Below, piece after piece: positions 1 to 10,925 of a stretch of 64,000 bases of DNA. The notes under the pieces are model-generated. The model did not search any database. It worked only from the letters and a program-made list of their open reading frames with translations, and was not told the origin of the DNA. The stretch lies in assembly GCA_963850305.1 (NCBI GenBank), contig CAWKKR010000008.1, forward strand, positions 928,001 to 992,000, read 5' to 3'. Source of the stretch: an uncultured delta proteobacterium (lineage in GTDB: Bacteria > Myxococcota_A > Polyangia > Polyangiales > Polyangiaceae). Numbering within the stretch: position 1 is the first letter of the stretch; each line of letters starts with the position of its first letter. Made by a program: the position numbers and the translations under genes.

Positions 1-1
1 C

Positions 2-82
2 ACGTGCACTTCGCTCCAGGCGTCCACCACGGGCACCGTGTCCATCGACTTCGGGTGCAAGACGAACGACATCTTGCACTGA
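2..82 (+). CDS. C-terminal end of a gene entering the window, probably a myxobacterial VWA-type Cys-rich protein
   Basis: Frame 2 reads TCTSLQASTTGTVSIDFGCKTNDILH*. This resembles the C..L......V.I.(F/Y).C module ends in the 37.9-41.3 kb protein. Confidence 0.55.
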   Translation, partial: TCTSLQASTTGTVSIDFGCKTNDILH

Positions 83-100
83 GACCGAGTCGGGGCTCTG

Positions 101-1351
101 TCAGAGCACCTGGCGCGGATCTATGTCGACGCGGGGTTTCGTCCCCGCCGTGCCCTTCGACAGATAAGCGACCGCCTCGCCCAGGCCGTCGATCGTCAGG
201 TGGTACATCGGGAACACCTGACGGACGACCTCGCACGTGCCGCCGGCCCAGTACTGGGGTGGATCGGGGTTGAGCCAGACCGCGCGATCGAATCGATCGG
301 CAAGGACGAGCAACCAGTCGAGTCCCGTGAGCGGACGGCCGTCGGCGCGACGGAGCTCGGAACCCCAGGGCCCCGTCGACATCAGCTCACCGGGCGCCAT
401 GGCGGCGTCGCCCACGATGACGACCTTCCATCTCTGGTTCACGACCTCGAGCAGATCCGTCACTTCGATCGGGTTCATGAGGTTGTCGCTCGTGAAGAGC
501 CGTCCATAAACCGTGTTGTGAAAGTAGTAGGTCTTGAGCTCGCGGAAGTTCGAGGCACGCTTCGCGGCGCTGAAGAGCTGCGAGCACGTGTGCGCGAACG
601 GGTCCATCGAGCCCCCGACGTCCATGAGGAGCAGGACGCGCACGTTGCTCTTCTTCGGCGGACGCATGACGAGCTCGAGCTCGCCGAAGGCGCGCGCCGT
701 CGCGTCAATCGACGCTTCCACGTCGAGTTCCTCTTCGAACCCCTCGCGGGTGAACTGACGGAGCTTGCGGAGCGCAACCTCGATCTGCCGTACATCGAGG
801 ACGACATCCGAGCGGTACGGACGATACTTCCGTGCATCCGCCATTCCGATCGCGCCGGAGCCCTTGTTGTTCGTCGACCCGCCGGCGCGAACGCTCATGC
901 CGTTCGGGTTCTCCCCACCCTGGCCGAACGGGCTCGTCCCGCCGGTGCCGATGTACCGGTTGCCGCCTTCGTGGCGTTCCTTCTGATCCCTCAACCGCTG
1001 CTCGAAGAGGGCTCGCACCTCTTCCGGCGTCAGGTCCTTGAACGCCGCGATCTGCTCGGGCGTGAGGTTCTCGAGAACCTTGGGATCTTTCAGCCACTCC
1101 TCGAGCTGGTCGAAGAAGTCCTTGGCCTTCGTTTCTATGCCGCGAAAGTGAGCGAGGAACGCTTCATCGAACCGATCCAGATCGGATTCGCGATGCACCA
1201 TGAGTGAACGGGCGAGAAAATAGAACCCGTCGAGAGTGTCGCCGTGAAGACCGAGCGACACCGCCTTCGCGAGCCCGACGATCTCCTGCGTGCCGACCTT
1301 GAGCTTGCGCTTGCGGAGCTCGTAGAGGAACGGAACGAGGAGATTGCTCAT
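101..1351 (-). CDS. VWA domain (CoxE-like) protein
   Basis: 416 aa ORF with a MIDAS-like LLMDVGGSM, plus VVIVGDAAMAPGEL and VWLNP motifs. Confidence 0.8.
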   Translation of the reverse strand: MSNLLVPFLYELRKRKLKVGTQEIVGLAKAVSLGLHGDTLDGFYFLARSLMVHRESDLDRFDEAFLAHFRGIETKAKDFFDQLEEWLKDPKVLENLTPEQIAAFKDLTPEEVRALFEQRLRDQKERHEGGNRYIGTGGTSPFGQGGENPNGMSVRAGGSTNNKGSGAIGMADARKYRPYRSDVVLDVRQIEVALRKLRQFTREGFEEELDVEASIDATARAFGELELVMRPPKKSNVRVLLLMDVGGSMDPFAHTCSQLFSAAKRASNFRELKTYYFHNTVYGRLFTSDNLMNPIEVTDLLEVVNQRWKVVIVGDAAMAPGELMSTGPWGSELRRADGRPLTGLDWLLVLADRFDRAVWLNPDPPQYWAGGTCEVVRQVFPMYHLTIDGLGEAVAYLSKGTAGTKPRVDIDPRQVL

Positions 1352-1366
1352 GACGAGCGTGATCTA

Positions 1367-2924
1367 TCACAAACTGTCGCCCTCGCCGCAGGTCGGGTTG
1401 CCGGGCGTCGAGGCGCGAACGTCGTAGTCGCCGGGCGACACCGTGTAAGGCACCACGACGTGGCCGGCGTAACGGCCGTCCGCGTTGGTCACGAGAGTGC
1501 CCAGAGGCACACGCCCCTGCGCAACGCCGGCCTTCGGATCGAGAAAGAGATCGACTCGCGCTTCTGCGCACGGGCTACCACCCGCCTGAATTCGTCCCGA
1601 CAGCGCGATACGGTTGCCGCGGCGAGCGTCCGAGTCCCCGAGATGAATCGTGACGAGCGCCCGGGGCCGTCGATCCTCGGGCTCGGCGCGTGGCTCCTCG
1701 GCAGCCGTGGTCGCCGCCGGGACCTGGGTCGCCGGCGGCGCGGCTTCCGCGCGATCCTTGACGGCGAGAGCCCGCGCGCGATCGGCCATGGCCTGTCCGC
1801 TCTGGGCGCCGGCGGGCCACTCGAAGGGATCGCGCGGCGGGAGGTACGCAATGCGGCCGACGTCCGACGAGTCCAGGTGGTCCGCGGCGCCGCCGAGATC
1901 GACGCGATGCCAGCGAACACCATCGAAGACCTCGACCCAGGCGTGCGCCTCATTGTGCACGAAGCGCGACGGGATGCCGAGCGCGAGCGCCGTCACGACG
2001 AAGGCATACGAACGATGGCGGCAAACTCCCTTGCGCGAGATCGCAAGATCCTCGTAGAGCGCCGCCCCGCTCGATCGCGGGCGCGCGTTCGACGGCGCGA
2101 AGCCGCGGAAGTACCGGACGAGGATGCCGAGGGCTTCCGCGGGCCCGGTGCCGTCGACGACCCCGATTCTGACGCGCAATGCGGACGCCTTCGGTCTTCA
2201 CGCTTGCGGGCAGCGGCGGAGCGAAGCGCCAGAGTCGGGTCCAGTCGACGTCCGCGAAGGAGCTACCGAACACGGCTCGATCGACCGCGATGTGCAGGAC
2301 GAGTCGCACGCGGCCGGGCCGGTCGCCCTTGATGAACCAGTTGTCCGCGCCATCGTGGAAGAGTTGAACGTGGGTCTCCGGAACGGTGCGAACCGCGAGT
2401 AATCGAGCGCCGGGCCCCACGGTGGGCACTCGCACCGCGTCCGCTCCGTCGAAATTCACCTCGAAATCGGCGTAGAACTGATCGTCCTCGGGGCGAGCCG
2501 TGCCCCCGATAGCGACGCGGGTCTGCGACGGGTCGCGGACGATGAGATCGAAATTGGGGTTCACCGAGTCGTACGCGAACTCCCTCTTGAACGGCGCGAT
2601 GCCGGGGGTGAACGGATCGTCGTACGAGACCGTCTGGGGTCGGGTCGTATCCGAATCGGCGTGGTACGAGGTTTCCGGTCGGGCCGCGTCGCGATCGGAA
2701 CCGTACACGACGCCCTTGCGGCCCGACGCGCCGGCGAGGTCCGGCGACGACACGGGGCCGCTCTGGGTTTCGATCGCGGCCGCCATGGACCCGTCCTGCG
2801 TCGTGGCGCCGAGCCGTAAATCGTCGGCCGGGTCCGGAGCGATGTACTCGTGGAGCACGACGTTGCCGAGAGCGTCGCCCGGGAACATGGCCACGACCGC
2901 GGCCAGCGCGACGACCCAGCGCAT
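1367..2924 (-). CDS. Secreted transglutaminase-like protein, split by a +1 frameshift near 2168
   Basis: Signal peptide MRWVVALAAVVAMF and a Cys-His-Asp triad (GVCRH...HAWVEV...WHRVD). Removing one base joins the two ORFs. Confidence 0.8.
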
Positions 2925-2938
2925 CTCGCGAAAGGGTA

Positions 2939-3232
2939 TCACTTCCAGGAATTCGGCGACGGCCGGGGCTCCCACCTTCCCGGCACCCAGACGCCGTGAA
3001 TGCCGTCATCGTGATAGTAACCGTCCACCCAGACCACGTCGCCGGGCGGGCGCGCGGGTCGCGCCTGCGCGGGCGCGCATTCGCCGCTCATGCCCGGGAT
3101 GCCGCTCCGCGAAGGACGCTCCCCGTTTGCGCGCGCGACGTCGAGACGTGACGGCGGGCGCTGCGTGCCAACCACGCAGCCTGCCGGGAGTGACGCCGAA
3201 AGAACGATGTAAATGAGGTTCCGCACGACCAA
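2939..3232 (-). CDS. Small lipoprotein with YXWGXW-like motifs
   Basis: Lipobox-like PAGC, with VWVDGYY and VWVPGRW motifs. Confidence 0.55.
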   Translation of the reverse strand: MVVRNLIYIVLSASLPAGCVVGTQRPPSRLDVARANGERPSRSGIPGMSGECAPAQARPARPPGDVVWVDGYYHDDGIHGVWVPGRWEPRPSPNSWK

Positions 3233-3365
3233 AAGGGCTCCCGCGCGCCGAGGCTACCGCGATACGTGGGGCCGATCGCATCGGTATCGGGTCAGGGGGC
3301 CTCCAGAAAGCCGCCCCGGACGGACCGCGTTTCGGCGACGCCACCCAGGATGCTACCCTGCCGCC

Positions 3366-4499
3366 ATGAAAACGGTTCTGGCCGCGGAGCTCGACGGGCT
3401 TCCGGCGGCGATGACGCAACGGCTGGCGGCGCATGGGTTCGACCGCGCGCAGTTCATCGAGCTTGCCGCCAAACTGGCGGCGTCGACGCCGAACGAGAAC
3501 CGGGTGCGGGGGGACGTGACGGTGCCGTCCGCAGAAGACCTCGTGAACCTGCCGGCGCCCGGCAGCCCCGAGGAGAAGCGCTGTCGCGACCGTGGCCTCG
3601 CGCTGCTCGCAGAAGGGCGGTGCGCGCTCGTCGTGCTGGCGGGCGGAATGGCAACTCGCATGGGCAGCGTGGTCAAGGCCCTCGTCGAGGCGCTTCCGGG
3701 TCGCACGTTTCTGGACCTCAGGCTCGGCGAGCAGCGAGCCGTGGAGCGGCTCACGGGACGCAAGGTACCGCTCTGGCTCATGACGAGCGCCTCGACGGAC
3801 GGCGCGATCCGCGAGGCGCTCGGCACTCGCATCGACGGCGCGCACCTCGCAGCCTTTCCGCAACGTCTGTCCGTGCGCCTGACGCCGGATGGACAACTCT
3901 TCCGTCAAGACGACGGCGACCCGAGCGAATACGCGCCCGGCCACGGCGACTTCGTCGACGCGCTACGGGACAGTGGCCTGCTGACAAGCTTTCTCGCGCG
4001 CGGAGGCACGACGGTCACGGTCGCGAACCTCGACAACCTCGGCGCGACACTCGATCCGGTCTTGCTCGGGTTGCATGCGGAGCGCGCGCGGCCGGTCACG
4101 TGCGAGGTCGTGGACAAGCACGAGGGCGATCGCGGCGGTATCCCGGTCCGCTGCGGCGGTCGGACGATCGTGCTCGAGGAGTTTCGTCTGCCCGAGAACT
4201 TCGACGGCGCGAGCGTCCGCGTCTTCAGCACGAATACATTTCACTTCGACGCGCGGTCGCTTGCAAACTATGCCTTGCCCTGGACCTACTTCATCGTGAA
4301 CAAGAAAGTCGACGGCCGTCCCGTGATTCAATTCGAGCGCTTGATCAACGAGCTGACGAGCCATCTGGACACGACGTACGTCCGGGTGCCTCGTGAGTCT
4401 GCGGCGTCACGCTTCCTGCCAGTGAAGGATCGGGACGAGCTCGCGAACCGGAGGGACGAGATCGAGTCGGTCGCCCGTGCGCGAGGCATGCTCGTTTGA
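3366..4499 (+). CDS. UDPGP-family nucleotide-sugar pyrophosphorylase (UTP-glucose-1-phosphate uridylyltransferase-like)
   Basis: LAGGMATRMG, PGHGD, NLDNLGA and FLPVK motifs. Confidence 0.85.
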   Translation: MKTVLAAELDGLPAAMTQRLAAHGFDRAQFIELAAKLAASTPNENRVRGDVTVPSAEDLVNLPAPGSPEEKRCRDRGLALLAEGRCALVVLAGGMATRMGSVVKALVEALPGRTFLDLRLGEQRAVERLTGRKVPLWLMTSASTDGAIREALGTRIDGAHLAAFPQRLSVRLTPDGQLFRQDDGDPSEYAPGHGDFVDALRDSGLLTSFLARGGTTVTVANLDNLGATLDPVLLGLHAERARPVTCEVVDKHEGDRGGIPVRCGGRTIVLEEFRLPENFDGASVRVFSTNTFHFDARSLANYALPWTYFIVNKKVDGRPVIQFERLINELTSHLDTTYVRVPRESAASRFLPVKDRDELANRRDEIESVARARGMLV

Positions 4500-7036
4500 C
4501 CCGGCGAATTCGACGAGTCGCGTTCGGCGCCCTCGCAACGACCTGTGCGTTCTTCGTCACGTCGACCGGGGGCGCGGAGCCGGCACCCATCGAGCCCGGG
4601 CGCGTGCCGGCGCTCGGACGGAGCGTCGCCGGCACCGACGACTCGACGGCGCTGATCTTGAACCCCGCGAACCTCGCATACGCGCCAGGGAGCGAGCTGC
4701 GCTGGCAGGGGATGTACCTCGGTGAAAATCTGACCGTGCCCTGGCAGGGCCACGCCTTCACGCTTGCCTTGAAGCTTCCGTTCTCCTTCGCCACGGCCTT
4801 TCGAGTCGATCTGATCAATCCGCCCCGCGACGCGTTCGGGACCACCGGGCTCTCGACGAACTACGAGTGGCTGACGTGGGGACTCGCGTATCAGGCTTCG
4901 GACGCCCTCGCCTTCGGCGCTTCCGTTCAACACGCGTACTCGAAGGGCATCGTCGCGAACTCCCTCGGCTCGTACACCCTCGGGCTCTCGGCGCGCCCCA
5001 CCAACGCGCTCGGGCTGTCCTTCGTCGCCTCCGACGTCAACGGACCTCTGGAGGGACCTTCCCTCGGCGCGCTCGCCGCTCTCGGCGCACCCAACGTCTC
5101 ACTCGGGCCATCTCTGACCACCGCGCTTGCCATCCGCCCGGTGGGCACCCGGGCGTTCGAAATCGGGCTCGAAGGACGTTATCTGTCGGAGCCTCAGGTC
5201 TGGGAGCCGCGCGCGACGCTCGGCATCGACATCCCCGAGGTCGGTCGATTGAGAGGCGAGTTCACGGTCGACGATCCCGGGGCGCACGATCCCTCGTGGC
5301 TCGCCTCGCTGTCGCTGTCCATCTACTCCAACGCATCCGTCGGTTCGACCGACGTCGAAGGGGGTGCCGTGACGGGAACCGCGCTGGGCGCGCGCGGCTC
5401 TTATGACTTCTTCAACGACGTCGCCATCCGGACGTTCCGCGAACCCACGGGGCTCGGCGCACCGCGGATTGCCGCTCGCATCCGCATCGAGACGACGCCT
5501 GACGCTCGCGCTCACGTCGCGCTACTGCGGAAGCTCTGGAGCCTTTCCGAGGAGCACGACGTCGCCGCGGTCGTGCTCGAACTGCGAACGGCTCCGGCGG
5601 ACTCCATGGCTCATGTGCAGGAGCTGCGCGACGCAGTGGCGCTCCTGCGGGCACGCGGCAAGAAGGTAGTTTGCCATCTCGAGGACGCACCGGGCGCCGC
5701 GCTCTATCTCTGCGCCGCCGCCGACCGCATCGTCATGAGTCCGGCTGGAGGCTTGCGCTTCGCAGGCCTTCGCACCCAGCACTATTACCTCGCCGACCTG
5801 CTCGACAATCTCGGGATCAAAGCCGACTTCGTGAGGATCGGCGCGCACAAGAGCGCGCCGGAGCAGTTCACGCGCACCGGACCTTCGGATGCTTCGCGAA
5901 ACGACAGCGTCGATTTGCTCCAGCAAAATGAGCGCTGGTTCACCGGCGACATCGCGCACGATCGCGGAATTCCAGTCAACGAGCTGCGCGCGAGATTCGC
6001 GAGCGGGCCGTTCGTCGCTTCGGAAGCGAAAGCTGCAAACCTCGTGGACGGTCTCGCCTTCGACGACGAGACGGACGCGGTCGTGGACAAGCTCCTCGGC
6101 GAGCCCGTGAAGCTGATCGACGCGGATCGCGCGACGGTCGCACCGGAGCGATTCGGCCGTCAGCGCGGGATCGCGCTCGTATACGTCGACGGGGACATCA
6201 TCGATGGCAGAAGCCACACGATCCCGCTCATCGGCACCCAGCTCGTCGGCTCTTACACGATGACGGAAACCCTGAAGCAGGTTCGCGAAGATCCCCTCGT
6301 CGGAGCGGTCGTGTTGCGTATCGAATCCCCCGGCGGATCCTCCGTCGCCTCCGATGCGATGTGGCGTGAGGTCAAGCTGACCGCCCAGGTGAAGCCCGTC
6401 ATCGTCAGCATGGGAGACGTCGCGGCGAGCGGCGGCTACTACATCGCCTCTCCCGCAACGCGGATCCTCGCCAATCCTCTCACCATCACCGGCAGCATCG
6501 GCGTATTCTACGGCAAGGCCGACATCAGCGGCCTGCTCCGCAAGATCGGCGTGGGCGTCGAGGTTTTCAAGACCGCACCACGCGCGGACGCGGAGTCGCT
6601 CTACCGGGCGTTCACGGACGACGAGCGCGCGGAGCTCGTGCGGAAGGTGGGACAATTTTACGACATCTTCCTGAACCGGGTCGCCGACGGCCGCCACATG
6701 ACAGAGGAGGCGGTCGATCGGATCGGGCAAGGGCGCGTCTGGACGGGAGAACAGGCCAAGATGAACGGTCTCGTCGATGAGCTCGGTGGCCTGCGGCAGG
6801 CCCTCGGGGAGGCACGTCATCTCGCCGGCCTCGGGGAGAGCGCTCCCATCGTCGAGCTCCCCACGATCCACAGGTCGCTCCTCGGACGCCTGCTCGGCAT
6901 CGACGGCATCCACGCTGGCGTCGAGGAACGATTGCCCGCGGGTGTGCTCAATCTGGCGCGGGCGATGGCACCATTTCTCGAAGAATCGAGTGACGAGCCG
7001 ATGTCGCGCCTCGAGCTCGCACCGATCGAGCCGTGA
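4496..7036 (+). CDS. sppA: Signal peptide peptidase SppA with an N-terminal beta-barrel-like region
   Basis: Tandem S49 domains with HKSAPE, ESPGGS, AASGGYY and TGSIGV. The N-terminus has NPANLA and alternating beta-strand patterns. Confidence 0.85.
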   Translation: MTRRIRRVAFGALATTCAFFVTSTGGAEPAPIEPGRVPALGRSVAGTDDSTALILNPANLAYAPGSELRWQGMYLGENLTVPWQGHAFTLALKLPFSFATAFRVDLINPPRDAFGTTGLSTNYEWLTWGLAYQASDALAFGASVQHAYSKGIVANSLGSYTLGLSARPTNALGLSFVASDVNGPLEGPSLGALAALGAPNVSLGPSLTTALAIRPVGTRAFEIGLEGRYLSEPQVWEPRATLGIDIPEVGRLRGEFTVDDPGAHDPSWLASLSLSIYSNASVGSTDVEGGAVTGTALGARGSYDFFNDVAIRTFREPTGLGAPRIAARIRIETTPDARAHVALLRKLWSLSEEHDVAAVVLELRTAPADSMAHVQELRDAVALLRARGKKVVCHLEDAPGAALYLCAAADRIVMSPAGGLRFAGLRTQHYYLADLLDNLGIKADFVRIGAHKSAPEQFTRTGPSDASRNDSVDLLQQNERWFTGDIAHDRGIPVNELRARFASGPFVASEAKAANLVDGLAFDDETDAVVDKLLGEPVKLIDADRATVAPERFGRQRGIALVYVDGDIIDGRSHTIPLIGTQLVGSYTMTETLKQVREDPLVGAVVLRIESPGGSSVASDAMWREVKLTAQVKPVIVSMGDVAASGGYYIASPATRILANPLTITGSIGVFYGKADISGLLRKIGVGVEVFKTAPRADAESLYRAFTDDERAELVRKVGQFYDIFLNRVADGRHMTEEAVDRIGQGRVWTGEQAKMNGLVDELGGLRQALGEARHLAGLGESAPIVELPTIHRSLLGRLLGIDGIHAGVEERLPAGVLNLARAMAPFLEESSDEPMSRLELAPIEP

Positions 7037-7040
7037 CCGG

Positions 7041-7952
7041 ATGCCGGACGGGACGGATACGGTCCTGCTCGCGCGCGGCGCGCGCATCGTCTCCGAAACG
7101 GAAGTGTTCGCCATCGGGCTCGAGGTCAGCACCAAGGGACGGCGCGTGGGGCTGGTCGGTGATTGGTCGCCGCTCGTACGCGTCCTCACGGGCGACGCCT
7201 GGGTGGCCTGCGGCTCGCTCACGCTGCTCGATCAGGCCGCGGAAACGGTGCTGCGCACCCGCCGCGTGGGCTTCGCGGGAGCACGCGCCTCGCTTCCAGG
7301 CAGATGGCGCACCGAGGAGTACCTCGCGACGAGCGGACGACTCGTGGGACTCGCACGGGGTGCCGCGGCGCGTACCGCGGACGAAGTATTCGAGACGCTC
7401 GGCCTGAATGTACTTCGCAAGCGGCGGCTCGACGGGCTGACCTCCGCCGAACGGCGCGCGCTCGTCATCGCTCACGGGACGGTGGGCGATCCGCCGTTGT
7501 TGTTCGTCGATGGAGCGTTTCAAGGGCTCTCGGACCGGGAGAAAACGTGGCTTGCCGAGGTCATCGACCACGCCTCCGAGCGTCGCGCACTCGTCTTCAC
7601 GACGGGTGAGCCGGCGCTGTGCGGTCCGGAAGCCGCGCTCCTCGCGCGAATGGACCACGTGGCCATCATGGCGCACGGTACTGTCGTCGCCTCGGGACCG
7701 CCGGAGGACATCCTGAAGAGCAGTCGAACGTGTGTCGTTCGCGCGACGCGCTCGCCGGCGGCCTTCGCCCTGGCGCTCGCCGAAAAAGGCGCCGAAGTGG
7801 TCTCGGTCGGCAAAAGCGACGCGACCGGCGAGGTCACGTTCGCGGTCGTCCTGCCGGAGGGCGGCACGCCGACCCTCATCGTGGAAGCGGCGCTCGCGAC
7901 CAGCGCTCCTTTGATCGAGATGCGCCCGATCGGATTCGAAATCCCGGATTAA
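7041..7952 (+). CDS. Degenerate ABC ATPase-like protein
   Basis: ABC-fold segments are present (RRLDGLTSAERRALVIA, PPLLFVDG, DHVAIMAHGTVVASG), but there is no Walker A. Confidence 0.7.
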   Translation: MPDGTDTVLLARGARIVSETEVFAIGLEVSTKGRRVGLVGDWSPLVRVLTGDAWVACGSLTLLDQAAETVLRTRRVGFAGARASLPGRWRTEEYLATSGRLVGLARGAAARTADEVFETLGLNVLRKRRLDGLTSAERRALVIAHGTVGDPPLLFVDGAFQGLSDREKTWLAEVIDHASERRALVFTTGEPALCGPEAALLARMDHVAIMAHGTVVASGPPEDILKSSRTCVVRATRSPAAFALALAEKGAEVVSVGKSDATGEVTFAVVLPEGGTPTLIVEAALATSAPLIEMRPIGFEIPD

Positions 7953-8038
7953 TGGGCCGCAGACAGCCTGGACGCGCGATGCTCCCGGCGGAGGGCTATT
8001 GACTCCGTGCGCGCCGCGGCCGCAAATCCTTCATCCTC

Positions 8039-9130
8039 ATGCATCCTGCGCGAGCGGCGCTCTCCAAGGCGCACCGGATCGTCGTCAAGGTCGGCTCCCG
8101 TGCCATCGCGGCGCACCCAGACTTCGTCGCGGACCTGGCTGCGCAGGTTGCGCGGCAACACGGCGAAAAGCGCTCCTTCACCGTCGTCACTAGCGGCGCC
8201 ATCACGCTCGGGATGGGTCGGCTCGGTTACGGGCGCAAGCCGAAGGAAATACCCCGCCTCCAGGCGGCCGCAGCTGCTGGCCAGGGTGTCCTCATGCAGA
8301 GGTACGCCGAGGCGTTCGATGCGGTGGGCCTGGTCGCCGCCCAGGTGCTCATCACTCACGCGGATCTCGCCGATCGCGAGCGCGTGAACAACGCGCGCCA
8401 GGCGCTGGCCGCGCTCATCGAAGCGGGCGCCGTCCCCGTGATCAACGAAAACGACACGGTGTCGACGGACGAGATCCGATTCGGCGACAACGATCAGCTC
8501 GCCGCGATGGTGACACCGCTCGTCGGCGCGGAACTCCTGCTCCTGCTGACAGACGTCGACGGCGTGCTCGACGACAGGGGCGAACGCATCCCGCTCATGC
8601 ACGACGGTGCGAAGATCGGGAACGTCGCCAGCGGCGGACCCGGGACCGGAGGCATGGCGAGCAAGATGGACGCCGCGTTGAAGGCGAGCCGCTCCGGAGC
8701 AAGCGTGGTCATCGCGAATACGCTGCGATCGGACGTCATCGCGGACGCCATCGCCGGCAGGGACGTCGGGACGCTCTTCGCACCGCATCCCCGCGCACTT
8801 CGGGCCCGCCAGCACTGGATCATGTACACGCTCAGGCCGAAGGGCGAAGTCCTCGTCGATGACGGCGCCGCGAAGGCGCTCCGCGTGGGAAAGAGCAGCC
8901 TTTTACCGATCGGCGTGATCGGCGTACGCGGCGAGTTTCACGCGGGCGACCCCGTGTCGCTCGTCACTGGCGACCGCGAAGAGATCGGCCGCGGTCTCGC
9001 GCGCCTGACGTCAGCGGACGTCGCGAGGGCCGCGGGCAAGAAAGGCATCGAGCTCGACGAGGTCCTCGGCCGCGCGAGTCATGACGAAGTCGTCGTGCAT
9101 CGCGACGACCTCGTCGTACTCTCCTCGTGA
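8039..9130 (+). CDS. proB: Glutamate 5-kinase
   Basis: VVKVGS, VINENDTV, FGDNDQL and TGGMASK motifs, with a C-terminal PUA domain. Confidence 0.95.
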   Translation: MHPARAALSKAHRIVVKVGSRAIAAHPDFVADLAAQVARQHGEKRSFTVVTSGAITLGMGRLGYGRKPKEIPRLQAAAAAGQGVLMQRYAEAFDAVGLVAAQVLITHADLADRERVNNARQALAALIEAGAVPVINENDTVSTDEIRFGDNDQLAAMVTPLVGAELLLLLTDVDGVLDDRGERIPLMHDGAKIGNVASGGPGTGGMASKMDAALKASRSGASVVIANTLRSDVIADAIAGRDVGTLFAPHPRALRARQHWIMYTLRPKGEVLVDDGAAKALRVGKSSLLPIGVIGVRGEFHAGDPVSLVTGDREEIGRGLARLTSADVARAAGKKGIELDEVLGRASHDEVVVHRDDLVVLSS

Positions 9131-9136
9131 ACCAAG

Positions 9137-9781
9137 ATGGGGAAGCTCATCCGACTGCTCCTCGTGATCGCGATCCCGCTCGGCGTCGTCATTGGCGCTC
9201 TGCGTCTGACGGCGATCCGGTGGTGGCAAATCCCCGACGACGACCCCGTGCTCGACGCTTCGCTTTCGCCGACGCTCCGCGGCGGTGACTGGGTGCTGCT
9301 CTGGCGTGCCACCGCGCCCAAGTTCGGAGCGCTAGTCATCTGCCCCGATCCCGAGGACGGCAGTCAGATCGTGATGGGGAGAATCGTCGGTGAGGCGGGA
9401 GACACGATCACGGTCGACGGCGCGACGGTCTTTTTGAACGGCCATGAAGCCGGAACGGAGACGGCGTGCGCGCCGCCCACCTTTCACGTCGCCGACCCGA
9501 ACACCGGCGGGGACGTCCAGCAGCATTGCGAGCTGGAGGGCATGGGCGGAGTGCTGCACATGCGGGGTGACCTGGTCGGTTCGGAGCAGGTCGACGTCAG
9601 GACCACCCGGACCGTCGGCGAAGGCAAGGTCTACTTGATCAGCGACAATCGACAATTTCCGTACGACTCGCGAAACTTCGGTTCCGTCGACCGTTCGACG
9701 TGCAAGGAGTCCGTCTTCTTCCGGCTCGTCGGAAAAACCGGGTTCATGGACGAGGATCAGCGGCTCAGCTACATCCGCTGA
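9137..9781 (+). CDS. lepB: Signal peptidase I family protein
   Basis: N-terminal TM helix, SLSPTL..GD, RIVGEAGD and SDNR...DSRNFG. The usual catalytic Lys position reads G (VMGRIVG). Confidence 0.75.
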   Translation: MGKLIRLLLVIAIPLGVVIGALRLTAIRWWQIPDDDPVLDASLSPTLRGGDWVLLWRATAPKFGALVICPDPEDGSQIVMGRIVGEAGDTITVDGATVFLNGHEAGTETACAPPTFHVADPNTGGDVQQHCELEGMGGVLHMRGDLVGSEQVDVRTTRTVGEGKVYLISDNRQFPYDSRNFGSVDRSTCKESVFFRLVGKTGFMDEDQRLSYIR

Positions 9782-9856
9782 CCCGGCAGCCCGGGCGACG
9801 TTTTCGACCCCGCCACGCGCCGGAACCGGCGACGAGGTATATAAACGCCGCCGGAA

Positions 9857-10897
9857 ATGACGGTCGAACTCGGAGTCGTGTGCGGTCGGTGCGGTGGCTT
9901 TGCGGCCGCGGAGGCACCGCTCGATGCGTGCGCGAAATGCGGCGAAAGCATCGCGTGGCTCGACGAAGCACCCCGGATCACGACGAGTCGCGAGAGCCGC
10001 CGAGCCCCCCCTCCGGTAAAAACTGATTTTAATCCGGAAAGACCTGGGGAAAGCTCAAATGGAGTGCCTGGTTCGGTGCCGTCTGGCACCGGGCTCGGCG
10101 CCGCCCAGGAGAAACCGATGGACCAAGCGAAGTACTTCGTGTGCCCGTCTTGCATGACGCCAGTGCCGAGCGGGCACAAGTTCTGCGGACGTTGCGGCGC
10201 ACCGGTTCCGGAAGATGCTCTGCATCTCCGCACCGATTACTTCAGCGACATGCAGGATCCGGAGAAGGCGCGCCTAGTCCTGATCCGGGGTGATGGGATG
10301 GAGGGCCTCAGCTACCATCTGAAGGCGGATCAACACCTCGTGGGCCGACAGGGACAGCTGGAGTTCCCGGAAGATCCGTTCGTGTCTCCGCGCCACGCCA
10401 ACTTCTTCTACCGAGACGGACGGCTCGTCGTGCGGGACGAAGGTTCGCTGAACGGCGTGTACATCCGTGTTCGCGGGACGGTCGAGATCACCGCGGGTGA
10501 CACGTTCATGGCCGGAGAGCAGGTCTTTCGCCTCGACCCGACCCCCAAAGCATCGGACGGCCTCGACGCGGAGGGGACGTATTTCTATTCCTCACCGAAG
10601 TATCCAGCCGCGTATCGCATCAATCAGATGCTGGAAAGTGGCGCGCTCGGGATGACCATCTGTGCGCGGACCAACACGCTCGCCATCGGGCGCGAGGATG
10701 GCGATCTGAATTTCCCTGGCGACGTGTACATGTCGGCGAAGCACTGCAGTGTCGAGGAACGAGAGGGACACTACTACTTGACGGATCACGGCAGCCGGAA
10801 CGGCACGTACGTCCGACTCAAGGCCGACCGCGAGCTCTCTCACGGCGACTACGTGTTCATCGGGCGCAAGCTGCTCCGGGTCGAGCTCAACAACTAG
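9857..10897 (+). CDS. Zinc-ribbon protein with two FHA domains
   Basis: CxxC pairs, GR...SPRHA...SLNG and GR...SAKH...SRNGT. Confidence 0.9.
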   Translation: MTVELGVVCGRCGGFAAAEAPLDACAKCGESIAWLDEAPRITTSRESRRAPPPVKTDFNPERPGESSNGVPGSVPSGTGLGAAQEKPMDQAKYFVCPSCMTPVPSGHKFCGRCGAPVPEDALHLRTDYFSDMQDPEKARLVLIRGDGMEGLSYHLKADQHLVGRQGQLEFPEDPFVSPRHANFFYRDGRLVVRDEGSLNGVYIRVRGTVEITAGDTFMAGEQVFRLDPTPKASDGLDAEGTYFYSSPKYPAAYRINQMLESGALGMTICARTNTLAIGREDGDLNFPGDVYMSAKHCSVEEREGHYYLTDHGSRNGTYVRLKADRELSHGDYVFIGRKLLRVELNN

Positions 10898-10925
10898 TCC
10901 CCTGAATCAAGGATTCAGGGACTAG
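10894..10925. terminator. Hairpin between convergent genes, possibly a bidirectional terminator
   Basis: ctagtcccctgaatc-aag-gattcagggactag. The arms include both TAG stop codons. Confidence 0.55.
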
